The notes below the pieces were generated by a model. That model saw only the letters and a program-made list of their open reading frames with translations. It was not told where the DNA came from and ran no database searches. A stretch of DNA of 64,000 nucleotides. Origin: a candidate division WOR-3 bacterium (GTDB taxonomy: Bacteria > Hydrothermota > Hydrothermia > LBFQ01). Below, in pieces: positions 9,995-22,804 of this stretch (its first letter is position 1; each line of letters opens with the position of its first letter). The translations under genes were made by a program, and so were the position numbers. The stretch covers positions 1 through 64,000 of the forward strand of contig JALUCS010000097.1 in assembly GCA_027050205.1 (NCBI GenBank), in the 5' to 3' direction.

Positions 9995-12559
9995 ATGATA
10001 ACGCTCTTAGTAGCAGGTTGGTTCGGTGGTGGCTTTACGTACAAGGACTTCTACAGGGCGCACAAGGATGCGGAGGAGCTCTTCCGGAAGGGGGATTACC
10101 GGAAGGCGGAGAGGATATACCGCAAGATACTGCGCCCAGCCTACAAGTACGGCTTCGGTAAGGAGGTCAGGTACCGCATAGCCGAGGCCCTGTACAACCA
10201 GGGCAAGTTTGACAAGGCCATCCGCGAGTGGGAGAAGCTGGCCAAGGAGAAGGAGGTCAGGGGTACCTACCTTGAGCAGGAGATAGCTTACGAGGTGGCT
10301 CTGGCCTACGCCATAAAGGGAGACATAAACCTCGCCAAGCAGAAGCTCCTCGCCCTCCAGCAGTACCCCTACTACAAGAACTCGCCGAGGACCAAGTTTC
10401 TGGACGGCGTGATAGCATACCGCGAGGGTAAGTTCCTTGAGGCCTCGGAGAAGCTCGCCCAGGCGAAGGACTTCGTTAAGGAGGCCAAGTTCTACTACGC
10501 CAGATCCCTTTCCATCCTCAAGAGGCCCTTGGACGCCGTGGCCATATACAAGGAGCTCCTTGAGGACTACAGCGGCACTCCGCAGGAGGCCCTGATATAC
10601 TACGGAATGGTTGAGGCCAACTTCATGTACGGCGACTACAAGGCTACGGCCGAGCTTGCCAAGGTCTTCACCGAGCGCTTCCACGGACACAAGCTCTCCG
10701 ACTACGTCCAGTACTACTGGGGCATATCCCTGTACCGCATGGCCCTCGGAGAGGGCGGCAAGGAGGACACCAGCCTCCTGCCCAAGGCCCTTGAGAAGCT
10801 CACCCTCTTAACCAAGAAGAGGAACTTTGAGCTGGCCGGTCTGGCCGCCTACTTCGTGGGCAACATCCAGATGGCCCTCAAGAACTACGACGAGGCCCTA
10901 AGGTACTACCAGATAGCCCGCGCCCGCGCCAACGATAACGTCGTCTCCTTCATCTCCTTCCTCCGCATGGCCGAGGCCTACTACTACAAGGGAGACACCT
11001 CCAACGCGTACCTCCTCGCCAACCAGCTCTCCTCCTTCCCCCTCGGACAGGAGGAGCAGGGCATAAGCGAGTACCTCACCGGGTCCATACACTACCTCCT
11101 CAAGAAGTACCCCGACGCCATGGAGCAGTACCAGTTCCTGATTGAGAACTACGAGAAGTCCTTCTTCCGTAGGCCCGCCATGGCCCTTATGGTCTTCGCC
11201 CTCATAAACCAGAGGAACTTTGACGCCGCCATGGCCCGAGGCAACCTCTACAACCAGGAGGTCTCCAAGGACACGGCCTTCACGCTGTGGAACTCGTGGT
11301 TCGTCCACGCCCTCGCCGAGGCACACTACTACAAGGGAGACTACGCTAATGCCGAGAAGTTGTATAACATGAACCTCCGCGCCGGTCTCCACAGGGACAT
11401 AATCGTCCTCTCCCGCCTTGGCCTTGGCTGGGTCTACCTCCACCAGAACAGGCTCCAGGACGCTAAGGCCTACCTTGAGTCCATACAGGGGCAGTCTACC
11501 GATACCTCCGTCGTCATAGCCACCCATCTCGGCCTCGGCGTGGTACTCTTCAACCTCGGTCAGTACCAGGACGCCTTCGCCAAGTTCTACGGTATATACC
11601 TCTTCGCACCGGAGAGGAGCGAGGTGGCTTCCGAGGCCCTCTACTACGCCGGGTACGCTGCTAAGGCCCTACAGTCCTACGGGGACGCCGTTAAGAACTG
11701 GGACCTCGTGATGCAGAAGTACCCGGATCAGCCCAAAGCCTGCGATGCCGCCTACCAGTCGGGTCAGATCTACCGTCTCGCCGGTGAGTGGGACAACGCC
11801 ATATCCCGCTTGAGGTGGTTCATTGAGCATTGCCCGGATCACGAGGGTATCCCGCAGGCCCACTTCTGGATAGCAGAGAGCTACGAGGGTAAGCAGGCTT
11901 GGGAGGAGGCCCGTCAGGAGTACAAGACCATCCTCTCCCAGTTCCCCGACAGCGACGTCGCCCCCTCCGCCAAGAAGGGGCTCGCGCGTGTGGACTTCAA
12001 GCTCGTGCAGGAGGATACCACCTACATCCACGTGATGGAGGAGGACCTACCTAACAGCGAGGCGACCGCCCTCGCCCTGTACAAGATGGCCGCCGATGCT
12101 ATGCAGGCCGGAGAGGAGCTGAAGGCCGCAGACATATTCTTCAAGATGGGCAACACCTACCCCAAGAGCGATAAAGCCGAGGAGGCCCTCTTCTACGCCG
12201 GTTCCCTCTACCTCAAGAACAAGAAGGCTCGCGAGGCCATAGAGGCCTTTAAGAAGTACAAGGACTTCTTCCCAGAGGGACAGCACATAGAGGACGTAAT
12301 GTTCTACCTCGCCAACGCCTACCTGATGGTCAAGGAGTACCCGCAGGCGATAGAGGCCGCCAAGGAGTTCGTGAAGAGGTTCCCCAACAGCCAAAAGGCA
12401 CCGGACGCCTACCGTATAATGGGTGCCGCATATATAGAGCTGGGGGACGTGAGGAACGCCGCCAAGGCCTTGAGGCAGGCGGCCGACCTCTACGAGCAGC
12501 AGGGAAGGGCCACGGAGGCCCAGCAGATGCGCGACCTGCTGAAGACTTTGCCGCAGTAA
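9995..12559 (+). CDS. Large periplasmic tetratricopeptide-repeat protein (CpoB/BamD-like repeats)
   Basis: Many TPR helical repeats, e.g. YPDQPKACDAAYQ, FPNSQKAPDAY. Confidence 0.8.
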   Translation: MITLLVAGWFGGGFTYKDFYRAHKDAEELFRKGDYRKAERIYRKILRPAYKYGFGKEVRYRIAEALYNQGKFDKAIREWEKLAKEKEVRGTYLEQEIAYEVALAYAIKGDINLAKQKLLALQQYPYYKNSPRTKFLDGVIAYREGKFLEASEKLAQAKDFVKEAKFYYARSLSILKRPLDAVAIYKELLEDYSGTPQEALIYYGMVEANFMYGDYKATAELAKVFTERFHGHKLSDYVQYYWGISLYRMALGEGGKEDTSLLPKALEKLTLLTKKRNFELAGLAAYFVGNIQMALKNYDEALRYYQIARARANDNVVSFISFLRMAEAYYYKGDTSNAYLLANQLSSFPLGQEEQGISEYLTGSIHYLLKKYPDAMEQYQFLIENYEKSFFRRPAMALMVFALINQRNFDAAMARGNLYNQEVSKDTAFTLWNSWFVHALAEAHYYKGDYANAEKLYNMNLRAGLHRDIIVLSRLGLGWVYLHQNRLQDAKAYLESIQGQSTDTSVVIATHLGLGVVLFNLGQYQDAFAKFYGIYLFAPERSEVASEALYYAGYAAKALQSYGDAVKNWDLVMQKYPDQPKACDAAYQSGQIYRLAGEWDNAISRLRWFIEHCPDHEGIPQAHFWIAESYEGKQAWEEARQEYKTILSQFPDSDVAPSAKKGLARVDFKLVQEDTTYIHVMEEDLPNSEATALALYKMAADAMQAGEELKAADIFFKMGNTYPKSDKAEEALFYAGSLYLKNKKAREAIEAFKKYKDFFPEGQHIEDVMFYLANAYLMVKEYPQAIEAAKEFVKRFPNSQKAPDAYRIMGAAYIELGDVRNAAKALRQAADLYEQQGRATEAQQMRDLLKTLPQ

Positions 12560-12581
12560 GGAAAAAAGGAGGGAAAAGACT

Positions 12582-13286
12582 ATGGAAATGCTGATGGCGC
12601 TACCGGCTGTCCAGGAGGGTTTCAACATCCTCAACATCTTCAGGCTCTACGCCGTGGTGGACGGCGTAGTCACCTTCATGGGGTTCTTTGACAACCTCAC
12701 GATGGTCTTCCTGCTCATCACCTTCTTCCTCGCCATCGTACTGTCCGCCGAGAGGCTCTGGTACATCTACCGGAAGGCCTCCTTCAACCACAACAAGGTC
12801 CTCGCCGACATCCAGGCCTACCTTGAGAACGGCGACATAGAGGGGGCCATCGCCTACCTCAGCCGTGTGGACCACCCCCTGCACAACACCCTCAAGGCGG
12901 GTCTGGAGAACATCCACCTCCCCCTGGACCAGATATACGATATGATGGACTCCGTTATGACGTTTGAGAGGTTCAAGCTCCTGCGCTTCACTACCGCCCT
13001 CGCCTCTATAATCGCCGTGGCACCGCTACTCGGTCTGTTCGGAACGGTCGACGGACTGATTGACGCCTTCCACCAGATAGCCGTTAGCGGTACGGGCGGT
13101 GCCGAGGTCGTGGGTAAGGGTATCTCCACGGCCCTGGTGACGACCTGGTGGGGACTCATCATTGCTATGATCACCATCGTCGTCTACAACTACGTTACCA
13201 ACACCGCCGAGAGGATCATCGCCACCGTAGACGTCGCCGCCCGCCGCTTGCTGATAATGATCAACCAGCTACAGCAAGCCGAGTGA
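12582..13286 (+). CDS. exbB: MotA/TolQ/ExbB proton channel protein
   Basis: APLLGLFGTVDGLIDAF...GISTALVTTWWGL; SD AGGAGG. Confidence 0.85.
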   Translation: MEMLMALPAVQEGFNILNIFRLYAVVDGVVTFMGFFDNLTMVFLLITFFLAIVLSAERLWYIYRKASFNHNKVLADIQAYLENGDIEGAIAYLSRVDHPLHNTLKAGLENIHLPLDQIYDMMDSVMTFERFKLLRFTTALASIIAVAPLLGLFGTVDGLIDAFHQIAVSGTGGAEVVGKGISTALVTTWWGLIIAMITIVVYNYVTNTAERIIATVDVAARRLLIMINQLQQAE

Positions 13287-13735
13287 TGGCAAAGAGAAAG
13301 AAGGAGTTTGAAAGGAAGCAGGCCCCAAGTCCCAACTTGGGGCCCTTCTCCGACATGACCACCTCCCTACTGATAATGTTCATGCTGACCATCCCCTTCA
13401 TCGTGGAGTCCGGTATCTTCGTCTCCAGATCCCTCGCCGCCAAGCGCCGCAACGTCGTCATGCCCAAGCAGAAGAAGAGCGACATCAAGGTGAACATCCA
13501 CCTCTGCGCCGACGGTACGGTCTTTCTGAACGAGGAGCCGTTTGACCCCAACCGCCTACCCGACATAATCCCCAAGCTGTTGGCCCGGAGCGTTAAGAAG
13601 CAGGCCCTACTCTCCGCCGACAACGACGTCATCTACGAGTACGTCATCCAGATGATAGACCTCCTGAAGGAGAAGGGCGCATCCGACGTCCTAATAATGA
13701 AGCGCAAGCGGAGTAAGTGCGGAGGAGGGAGGTAA
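13286..13735 (+). CDS. exbD: ExbD/TolR family protein
   Basis: ATG overlaps the exbB stop (TGATG); NLGPFSDM...LLIMFML TM with conserved Asp; LSADNDV. Confidence 0.8.
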   Translation: MAKRKKEFERKQAPSPNLGPFSDMTTSLLIMFMLTIPFIVESGIFVSRSLAAKRRNVVMPKQKKSDIKVNIHLCADGTVFLNEEPFDPNRLPDIIPKLLARSVKKQALLSADNDVIYEYVIQMIDLLKEKGASDVLIMKRKRSKCGGGR

Positions 13736-13738
13736 AGG

Positions 13739-14194
13739 ATGGCAAGGAAGAAACCTAAGCCTCAAGAGCCACCGGACGTAGGTCAGTACCTGTTCCCTAT
13801 GGCGGGGGTGATGATCCTCACCCTGGCGACCCTGATAATGAACGCCCAGTCCCTCTTCTCCAACACCTCCATCAAGGTAGATATCCCCAAGGCCAACGTG
13901 ATAGAGGTTGAGCTGGAGCAGAGCATCCCCGTCTCCATCACCAAGGAGGGGAAGATGTACGTACAGGACGAGGAGATGCCCGATCTCCAGTCCATCACGC
14001 AGCGGATAAAGGAGCTCCAGGAGAAGTACGCCATGGAGAACAACGACCCCGAGCTCAAGGGCCAGCAGCTGACCGTGATCCGTGGGGACAAGTCCCTCCA
14101 GTGGGGTCAGATCTTGGAGGTCCTTGACGCCGTAAAGAAGGGTGGGGCCAAGCGCGTCGCCCTCGCCGTGGTGAAGCGTAAGGGTGGCGGATGA
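13739..14194 (+). CDS. exbD: Second ExbD/TolR family protein (TM segment appears to lack the canonical Asp)
   Basis: IKVDIPKA, IRGDKSL..G..LEVLDAVKKGG..RVALAV; TM reads LFPMAGVMILTL. Confidence 0.75.
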   Translation: MARKKPKPQEPPDVGQYLFPMAGVMILTLATLIMNAQSLFSNTSIKVDIPKANVIEVELEQSIPVSITKEGKMYVQDEEMPDLQSITQRIKELQEKYAMENNDPELKGQQLTVIRGDKSLQWGQILEVLDAVKKGGAKRVALAVVKRKGGG

Positions 14195-14227
14195 TGGCCT
14201 TTTTCGGCCTTATAATAGGAGGTAGAT

Positions 14228-15316
14228 ATGGCAAAGATAACGGTTAAACTACCGGAGGATAAGGAGGATAAGCCGGCAAAGAGGCTGGCGGTGTTCTTCT
14301 GGTTCGGGGTGGCTGTCCTCGCCGTTCTGGCTTACACCATGAGAGAACAAATCGCTGCGGCCCTTGAGGAGGCCCGTTTGCGTGAGATCCAGCTCCTTGA
14401 GGAGAAGCTCAAGAAGAAGAAGCGCCTCCCGCCCAAGCTGAAGAAGCTCCTCCAGAAGAAGAAGCAGGAGATGGCGAAGAAGGATGAGAAGAAGCCCGGA
14501 GACAAGAAGGAACCCGGCAAGCAGAGCAAGATAAGCCTGAAGGCCAAGCTCAGCAAGACCATAAGCCCCACCATCAAGCTCGGTGGTCCCAAGCTGAAGG
14601 TAGACGTCCCCCAGAACATAAAGGTCCAGATAGCCAACACCCAGATGCTTCCGGAGCAGATTCAGGTCCAGAAGGTGGACTTGGAGGCCAACCTTGAGAC
14701 CTCCGCCAAGATAGACATAGCCGATATGGATCAGTCCCTCACAGCCGAGGCTGCCGACGTGGTGGTGGCCGTACCTACCAAGGGCGTGAGTACCGCCGAC
14801 ATACTCGCCCAGGAGGCCGTACCCGCCGTCTCCCTCGGTGGCGGTGGGTTTGAGGGGTCCCTCGGTGGTGGCCTCGGTCTCGGCGGTGAGGGCGGTGGCG
14901 GCGGTATATCCCTCGGTGGTGGTGGTGGCGGCGGTCTCGCCGAAGCCGTATCTAACGTGGACGTGGCCGTCCCCAAGACCTCCGTGTCCGCCGAGGAGAT
15001 CGCCGGTCCCGCCCAGCCCGTCCAGGTGAAGGGTGGCGGTGCCATAACCGTAGAGGGGTGTATCAAGGGTAAGGTCGTTCGTAGGGTCAAGCCGAAGTAC
15101 CCTAGGCGCGCCCGTCGTGAGGGTTGGCAGGGTACGGTGGTAGTCCAGATCGTCCTAAACTCCAACGGCACGATAAGGAGCCTCAACCTCTTAAAGTCCA
15201 GCGGTTATCCCGTCCTTGACAACGCCGCCCTGAACGCCGTACGCGGTTGGGTCTTCTCCTCCAACGTACCGGACGGGTGTAGCGGTAGGATAACCTTCAG
15301 ATTCATCCTGCACTAA
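14228..15316 (+). CDS. tonB: TonB/TolA-family energy transducer with Lys-rich and Gly-rich linker
   Basis: N-terminal TM; C-terminal PKYPRRARREGWQGTV...SSGYPVLDNAAL..VRGWVF TonB-C domain. Confidence 0.8.
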   Translation: MAKITVKLPEDKEDKPAKRLAVFFWFGVAVLAVLAYTMREQIAAALEEARLREIQLLEEKLKKKKRLPPKLKKLLQKKKQEMAKKDEKKPGDKKEPGKQSKISLKAKLSKTISPTIKLGGPKLKVDVPQNIKVQIANTQMLPEQIQVQKVDLEANLETSAKIDIADMDQSLTAEAADVVVAVPTKGVSTADILAQEAVPAVSLGGGGFEGSLGGGLGLGGEGGGGGISLGGGGGGGLAEAVSNVDVAVPKTSVSAEEIAGPAQPVQVKGGGAITVEGCIKGKVVRRVKPKYPRRARREGWQGTVVVQIVLNSNGTIRSLNLLKSSGYPVLDNAALNAVRGWVFSSNVPDGCSGRITFRFILH

Positions 15317-15329
15317 AGGAGGTTAAGGT

Positions 15330-17730
<2,401 letters not shown>

Positions 17731-17731
17731 G

Positions 17732-18718
17732 ATGAGTATGGAGTACGTCTACGGCAGGCTCAGGGGCAGAAGGTCGCGACTCCTCAAGCCGGAGGTCTAC
17801 GAAATGCTCGTAAGGGAGGATCTGGCCTCCTACGAGAACATCCTAAAGGACACCCGCTACGGCCAGTACATCTCCCAGCTCAAGAGCGTAAAGGAGGGGG
17901 TGGATCTGTACATCTCGGCCGTAAACAGGGCGTTCGCAGACGAGGTCCGGAAGGTCAGGAACCTGATGGACGAAGGTAAAGACCGGAGATCCATGGACGT
18001 CTTCCTCGCCCGGTGGGACCTCCACAACTTCATAACCGTCATACGGGGCAAGTTCTACAACGTAGACGACAGGGCCATAGAGCGGAGTCTCTTCCCCGCT
18101 GGGGTACTGGACGAGGTACGTCTCAAGGAACTCCTTCAGGAGGAGGACGCCGTCTCCGCCGCCGAGAGGGCGAAGATGGCCTTCAAGGGCCTGCCCTTCA
18201 CCATAAGCAGGGAGGCCATCCTGGAGCTTCGGAACGGCAACCTATCCGGGTTTGAGTACCACGTCTATACGTCCTTCTATGCCGAGGTTTTCGCGGAGGA
18301 CGTCCATCCCCTCGTCAAGGAGTTCTACTCCTACACCATTGACGCCAAGAACATAGCCATGGCGTACATCTCCCTATCCTCCGGGGAACGCCCCTCCTAC
18401 TGGATAGATGGCGGATACGTAAGCCCCAAGATAAAGAGGCAGGTCCTCGTTATGGAGGACGTTGAGGAGCTGGAGGCCCTCGTTCGGAGGTACGTCTCCT
18501 TTGAGGGACCCTTCTCCCTTGAGAAGATAGACGAGGCCTTTGAGAGGAGGTTCTTTGAGGACATAAAGAGAGGGTTTGCCGTTGAACCCGTCAGCTTCTA
18601 CGCCGTCATGGAGTACCTGTGGAGGTTTGAGAGGGAGGTGGTGAAGTTGAGGACGATTATCTACGCGAAGTCCTTCGGGCTTAGCCCGGAGAGGATAAAG
18701 GAGGTAGCCCATGTCTGA
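17732..18718 (+). CDS. V/A-type ATPase subunit C (AhaC/NtpC)-like
   Basis: YVYGRLRGRRSRLL, RWDLHN...IRGK, IDAKNI, E...LRTIIYAK..GL. Confidence 0.7.
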   Translation: MSMEYVYGRLRGRRSRLLKPEVYEMLVREDLASYENILKDTRYGQYISQLKSVKEGVDLYISAVNRAFADEVRKVRNLMDEGKDRRSMDVFLARWDLHNFITVIRGKFYNVDDRAIERSLFPAGVLDEVRLKELLQEEDAVSAAERAKMAFKGLPFTISREAILELRNGNLSGFEYHVYTSFYAEVFAEDVHPLVKEFYSYTIDAKNIAMAYISLSSGERPSYWIDGGYVSPKIKRQVLVMEDVEELEALVRRYVSFEGPFSLEKIDEAFERRFFEDIKRGFAVEPVSFYAVMEYLWRFEREVVKLRTIIYAKSFGLSPERIKEVAHV

Positions 18719-19445
18719 ACTTTATATGATAGTGATGCAGGGAAAGGAGGAACTGGGAAACGACCCGGAGGCCATACGCCTCTGGGCGGAGCTGTCCGGT
18801 GTGGATATAGACTCCATAAATGAACACACGCCCTTTGACATAGAGGTAGCCGACAGACTCCTACGTACGCTTCCGGAGGTTATGGAAAGGATGAGGGAGA
18901 GGGCGAGGAAGGACGTAGAGAGCCTTGAAGAGAGCCTGAAGAAGGTACTGGAGAGTAAGCAGAGGAAGACTGAAGCCGAGGAACTACTTCAGAAGTTGGA
19001 TAGGGAGCTTTCGGAGGCCCGCATAATCCCAGAAGCAGAGGAAGAAAAACCTGAAGAGGAAGTAGATCTACCCCCCGCCGAACTCCCCTTTGAGCCTGTG
19101 GGAGTTCCTAAGGAAGAGTTGCCCCCAAAGGGAACGCCGGCGATGGAGTACGAAACGGTTGAGGAGCCGGTGGATGTGAGGATTCCAGAACTCGTACGCC
19201 TCCTACGTATGGAAGGCAATAAGATTTACGTCCTCAAGGGAGACTGGCCCACGAAGTACGCCTCCCTCCTACCATCTTTGACCAACGAAGCCGTACGACG
19301 CTTCCACCTCCTCCTAAAGAATGGGAACATCCTATACGGTGAGAGGGTAGATGACTCATACATCGTCGCCGAGTTTGAGGAGAGGAACCTCGGTATAGTT
19401 AAGCTCCTATACACCAAGGTACTCAAGGCCCTCTCCCTAAGGTAG
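18711..19445 (+). CDS. Hypothetical coiled-coil protein, possible degenerate roadblock/LC7 C-terminus
   Basis: Glu-rich coiled coil, Pro/Glu linker, C-term YIVAEFEERNLGIVKL; SD AAGGAGGT. Confidence 0.55.
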   Translation: MSELYMIVMQGKEELGNDPEAIRLWAELSGVDIDSINEHTPFDIEVADRLLRTLPEVMERMRERARKDVESLEESLKKVLESKQRKTEAEELLQKLDRELSEARIIPEAEEEKPEEEVDLPPAELPFEPVGVPKEELPPKGTPAMEYETVEEPVDVRIPELVRLLRMEGNKIYVLKGDWPTKYASLLPSLTNEAVRRFHLLLKNGNILYGERVDDSYIVAEFEERNLGIVKLLYTKVLKALSLR

Positions 19446-19448
19446 GGT

Positions 19449-20306
19449 ATGCTCTGGCTCTTCGTCGCTCAGCAGTCGGCTTTGGACGTTAAGCCCATTC
19501 ACCTCAAGGTCCTGAACCTCACGAAGAACGCCCCAGTACTGGACACCCTTCAGGCGGAGGTAGTTACCTTTACGGGGGACGGGGGGGTGAAGGTCGTAGA
19601 TACGGTGGAGGTCTACGGAGGCGGTACCCTGTACGTACCCCCCGCCGTCCATATCCTGGCCTTCAACGTCCTCTACGAGGGAGAGGTGTTCCCCTCAAAC
19701 GTTGTGGTCGTAGGTAGGGACACCCTGGCCGAACTTTTCGTGTACGATATAACCTACGACACGTCCGTAGTTAAGCTGCTGTCGGAGAACATCGGCATAC
19801 TCCGGGACAGGGGCGGGTACAGGGTCGTGGAGGTCTTCTTCGTCTTCAACAACAGTAAGTACGCGTACAGGGGTCCTTCGGTAAGGGTCAAAGTTCCGAG
19901 GTACGCGACAGCCCTCTCCCTCACAACGGGGGACGAGGACATCCTAAGGCAGGGGGAGGAGGTCATTCTCAACCCTCTGGTCCTACCCGGTGAGGGGAAC
20001 TTCGCTCTCTCCTACGTGATCCCGAAGGACTACTTCTCCGTCAGCAGGGAGGGGGCCGGAGACTACAAGCTCCTCGTGGATACCCTCACGCCGATAGTGG
20101 TCAAGTACGCCCTGTACAGGGGGACGGAGGAGTTTGAGGGGGAGCGGATAAGGGTGTGGGAGGGCAAGCACCGCATAGCCTTCTACGTCGGGGTTCCTCC
20201 CCTAAAGAGGGAGATGGTGTATTACGGCCTCGCCCTCCTCTTCGTCCTCTTCGGGGCGGTCTTAGTTAGCCTCCTGTACCTCCCCCCTCGCCGTAGGAAG
20301 GGCTAA
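19449..20306 (+). CDS. Hypothetical exported beta-rich protein with C-terminal membrane anchor
   Basis: Short hydrophobic N-terminus; C-terminal TM followed by RRRK. Confidence 0.6.
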   Translation: MLWLFVAQQSALDVKPIHLKVLNLTKNAPVLDTLQAEVVTFTGDGGVKVVDTVEVYGGGTLYVPPAVHILAFNVLYEGEVFPSNVVVVGRDTLAELFVYDITYDTSVVKLLSENIGILRDRGGYRVVEVFFVFNNSKYAYRGPSVRVKVPRYATALSLTTGDEDILRQGEEVILNPLVLPGEGNFALSYVIPKDYFSVSREGAGDYKLLVDTLTPIVVKYALYRGTEEFEGERIRVWEGKHRIAFYVGVPPLKREMVYYGLALLFVLFGAVLVSLLYLPPRRRKG

Positions 20307-20341
20307 ACCAGGAACGCATTACGGGATTAAAATAACCGCTA

Positions 20342-22138
20342 ATGTTGCTCTTTTTCCTGCTTCAGGCTCCGGATACCTTAGGGCAGCAACCTCCACAGGG
20401 TGGGCAGGCGGTTGAGGAGGAGGAGGTCATAACGGGTGAGGCCGAATTAGAGATAACGGACTTCAAACGTCCCCTCTACTTCTACATGCCGGATATGACC
20501 TCCCTCGTCCCCGACTGGAAGGACGTAATGGCCCTGCGGTTTGAGGACTCCCTGAGGTTCTTCAACACCTACCGCCTCCCCCCCAAGCCGAAGAAGAAGA
20601 GTTGGTTCTCCAAGGGGCCGGAGAGGGAGGAGATGGAGAGGTGGTACCTTCAGGCCGCCAAGTACGGCGTCGGTTTGGTTAGGGTCGGTCTGTTCAAGGA
20701 GGCCATAGAGGTGCTTAGCGAGGTCGTCCAGTCCGACTACCTGACGGGTGGTCCCTCCTACGTGGCCCGTACCTACTACATCCTCGCCTACGTCTATAGT
20801 AAGGACCCGGAGACGGGCAGGGCCTACGGTAGTATGTTCCTCTCCGACTACTACAACAGGCCGTGGAACGAGGGCATAGGCTGGGTAGTCTGGGCCTCCG
20901 GGGAGGCTAACTTCTACGCCAGGCACTGGCTTCAGGCCGAGTCCATATACGTGCGCAACGTCAACGAGGGTAAGAAGCCCCTCCTCATCGCCCTCTCCCG
21001 CATGGGAGCGGCGTGGTGCAACCTCCACGCTGGCAAGTACGAGGACGCGTACAACCACGCGGCACAGGCCGCCCCCAACCTGACGGGGGTACCGAGGGCG
21101 CACGCCCTCCTCGCCGAGGCCATAGCCGCCTTCAACACGGGTAGGACGGAGGAGGCCCTGAACATCCTCCTTAGCATAGGTAAGACGGGCCATCCCCCCA
21201 CGGACGCCGACGTCCTCTACTACATCGGCTTCGTCTATGAGGCCATGCACCAGTACGATAAGGCCCTGCAGTACTACCAGAAGGTGATGGAGGACTACGC
21301 CAACCTACCGAGGGCCGGGGACGCCGCCTACCGCACCTACACCATATACCTCGGCACCAACAGGCAGGACGAGGCCAAGAAGACCCTCGTCTGGTTCGTT
21401 GAGAGGTTCCCCAACCATCCGGACGCCCCGAGGGCGCTCTACACCCTCGCCGAGATCTTCTACAACGAGGGGGAGCACCGGGAGGCCCTGAAGTACCTGA
21501 AGCAGCTCTATACGAACTACCCCAACTCCGACCTCTATCAGATAGCCCGCCAGAGGGCACAGCAGGTGTATGCCATCCTCGCCAAGCAGGATACTACCGT
21601 CCTCTGGGAGTTCCTTCGGGAGTTCCCCAACAGCAACGATGTGGCGGACGCCTTCCTGTACTGGGGAGGGAAGTTCCTTGAGGAGGGGAAGGACACTCTC
21701 GCCGCCCGCTACCTCTACCGCATGGGCGTGGAGTTCCCCAAGCATCCGCAGGCCCCGGACGCCCTCCTCTCTGCCGGTAAGATATACTACAACCTGAAGA
21801 TGTGGAGCGACGCCGCCCAGACCTTCCGGAAGATCGTCAAGCTCTACCCCAACTACAAGAAAGTGAGGGAGGCCAAGATACTTCTCGCCGTCTCCCTGAT
21901 AAACCTGAAGAAGGACTACGAGGCGATAAAGCTCCTTGAGGAGGAGCTCCAGAAACCCGACCTGACGGACGCCGAGAGGGCGGACATCTACAAGTACCTC
22001 GGGATGGCCTACAAGGCCCTCGGAAAGTCCTACAAGGCCCGGAACTACCTTGAGGAGGCCAAGGTCCTCTACTTCGGTCTCGGCAAGTTAGACGAGGTGG
22101 ATAAGGTGGATAAGCTGATGGAGGACATACCGTACTGA
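20342..22138 (+). CDS. TPR protein, paralogue of the C-terminal half of 9995..12559
   Basis: Colinear motifs shared with the 854-aa TPR (SRMGAAW/SRLGLGW, GDAAY/CDAAY, KQDTT/QEDTT). Confidence 0.75.
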   Translation: MLLFFLLQAPDTLGQQPPQGGQAVEEEEVITGEAELEITDFKRPLYFYMPDMTSLVPDWKDVMALRFEDSLRFFNTYRLPPKPKKKSWFSKGPEREEMERWYLQAAKYGVGLVRVGLFKEAIEVLSEVVQSDYLTGGPSYVARTYYILAYVYSKDPETGRAYGSMFLSDYYNRPWNEGIGWVVWASGEANFYARHWLQAESIYVRNVNEGKKPLLIALSRMGAAWCNLHAGKYEDAYNHAAQAAPNLTGVPRAHALLAEAIAAFNTGRTEEALNILLSIGKTGHPPTDADVLYYIGFVYEAMHQYDKALQYYQKVMEDYANLPRAGDAAYRTYTIYLGTNRQDEAKKTLVWFVERFPNHPDAPRALYTLAEIFYNEGEHREALKYLKQLYTNYPNSDLYQIARQRAQQVYAILAKQDTTVLWEFLREFPNSNDVADAFLYWGGKFLEEGKDTLAARYLYRMGVEFPKHPQAPDALLSAGKIYYNLKMWSDAAQTFRKIVKLYPNYKKVREAKILLAVSLINLKKDYEAIKLLEEELQKPDLTDAERADIYKYLGMAYKALGKSYKARNYLEEAKVLYFGLGKLDEVDKVDKLMEDIPY

Positions 22139-22177
22139 CGGCTATATCCTCTCCCCCTCCCCCTTAGAATACCTCCC

Positions 22178-22534
22178 ATGGGCGAGCTGTGGAAACTCGG
22201 TATAATGATCCTGGTCGGGCTGGCCGTAGCCTACGGGGGTATCCTCGTCTCCTTCGTCCTAGGTCCAAGGCGTCCCAGTAAGACCAAGAACTATCCGTAC
22301 GAGTCGGGTATCCAGGTCAAGGGGGAGGCCCATGGAAAGGTAGCCATCAAGTATTTCTTGGTGGCCTTACTGTTCCTGGTGTTTGACGTGGAGGCTGCGG
22401 TCCTCTTTCCATGGGCTGTGGAGGTTGGGAATCTGAAGCTACTCGCTGCGATAGAGGGAGGGTTCTTCCTACTCGTCCTCATAGCCGCCTACCTCTACGC
22501 CCTCGGCAAGGATGCCATACGGTGGTTGGATTGA
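22178..22534 (+). CDS. nuoA: NADH-quinone oxidoreductase subunit A
   Basis: K..PYESG, YFLVALLFLVFDVEA..LFPWA, three TMs. Confidence 0.92.
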   Translation: MGELWKLGIMILVGLAVAYGGILVSFVLGPRRPSKTKNYPYESGIQVKGEAHGKVAIKYFLVALLFLVFDVEAAVLFPWAVEVGNLKLLAAIEGGFFLLVLIAAYLYALGKDAIRWLD

Positions 22535-22761
22535 TGGAAGGGAAGTTTTTGAGTCAGGGTAAGACGCTAACGTAGATAGCGATGGTGTGTTCAGTCATCC
22601 CCCCAGTGTGAGGTGGAAACACCCACCCGCTGGGGGGCGTTATTGTTCAGCATTTTCACGGTCTCTTCCCATAATTGATGTATCTAACAGTACTTTCGCG
22701 ATTTCGTCTTACAGGTTCAAGAATTGGTTCATTTGTTTTGAAACACACATCTTAAGAATTG

Positions 22762-22804
22762 AAAAAGCCCCTACCCTAGGGACGTTTCGCCCTGGGAAGG
22801 GGCT
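22762..22804 (-). terminator. Rho-independent terminator (minus strand)
   Basis: Minus strand AGCCCCTTCCCAGGG-CGAAACGT-CCCTAGGGTAGGGGCT followed by a T run, downstream of 22960..23397. Confidence 0.6.

Noticed and set aside
14837..14935. GGT/GGC tandem-like repeats
   Set aside because: They simply encode the Gly-rich TonB linker.
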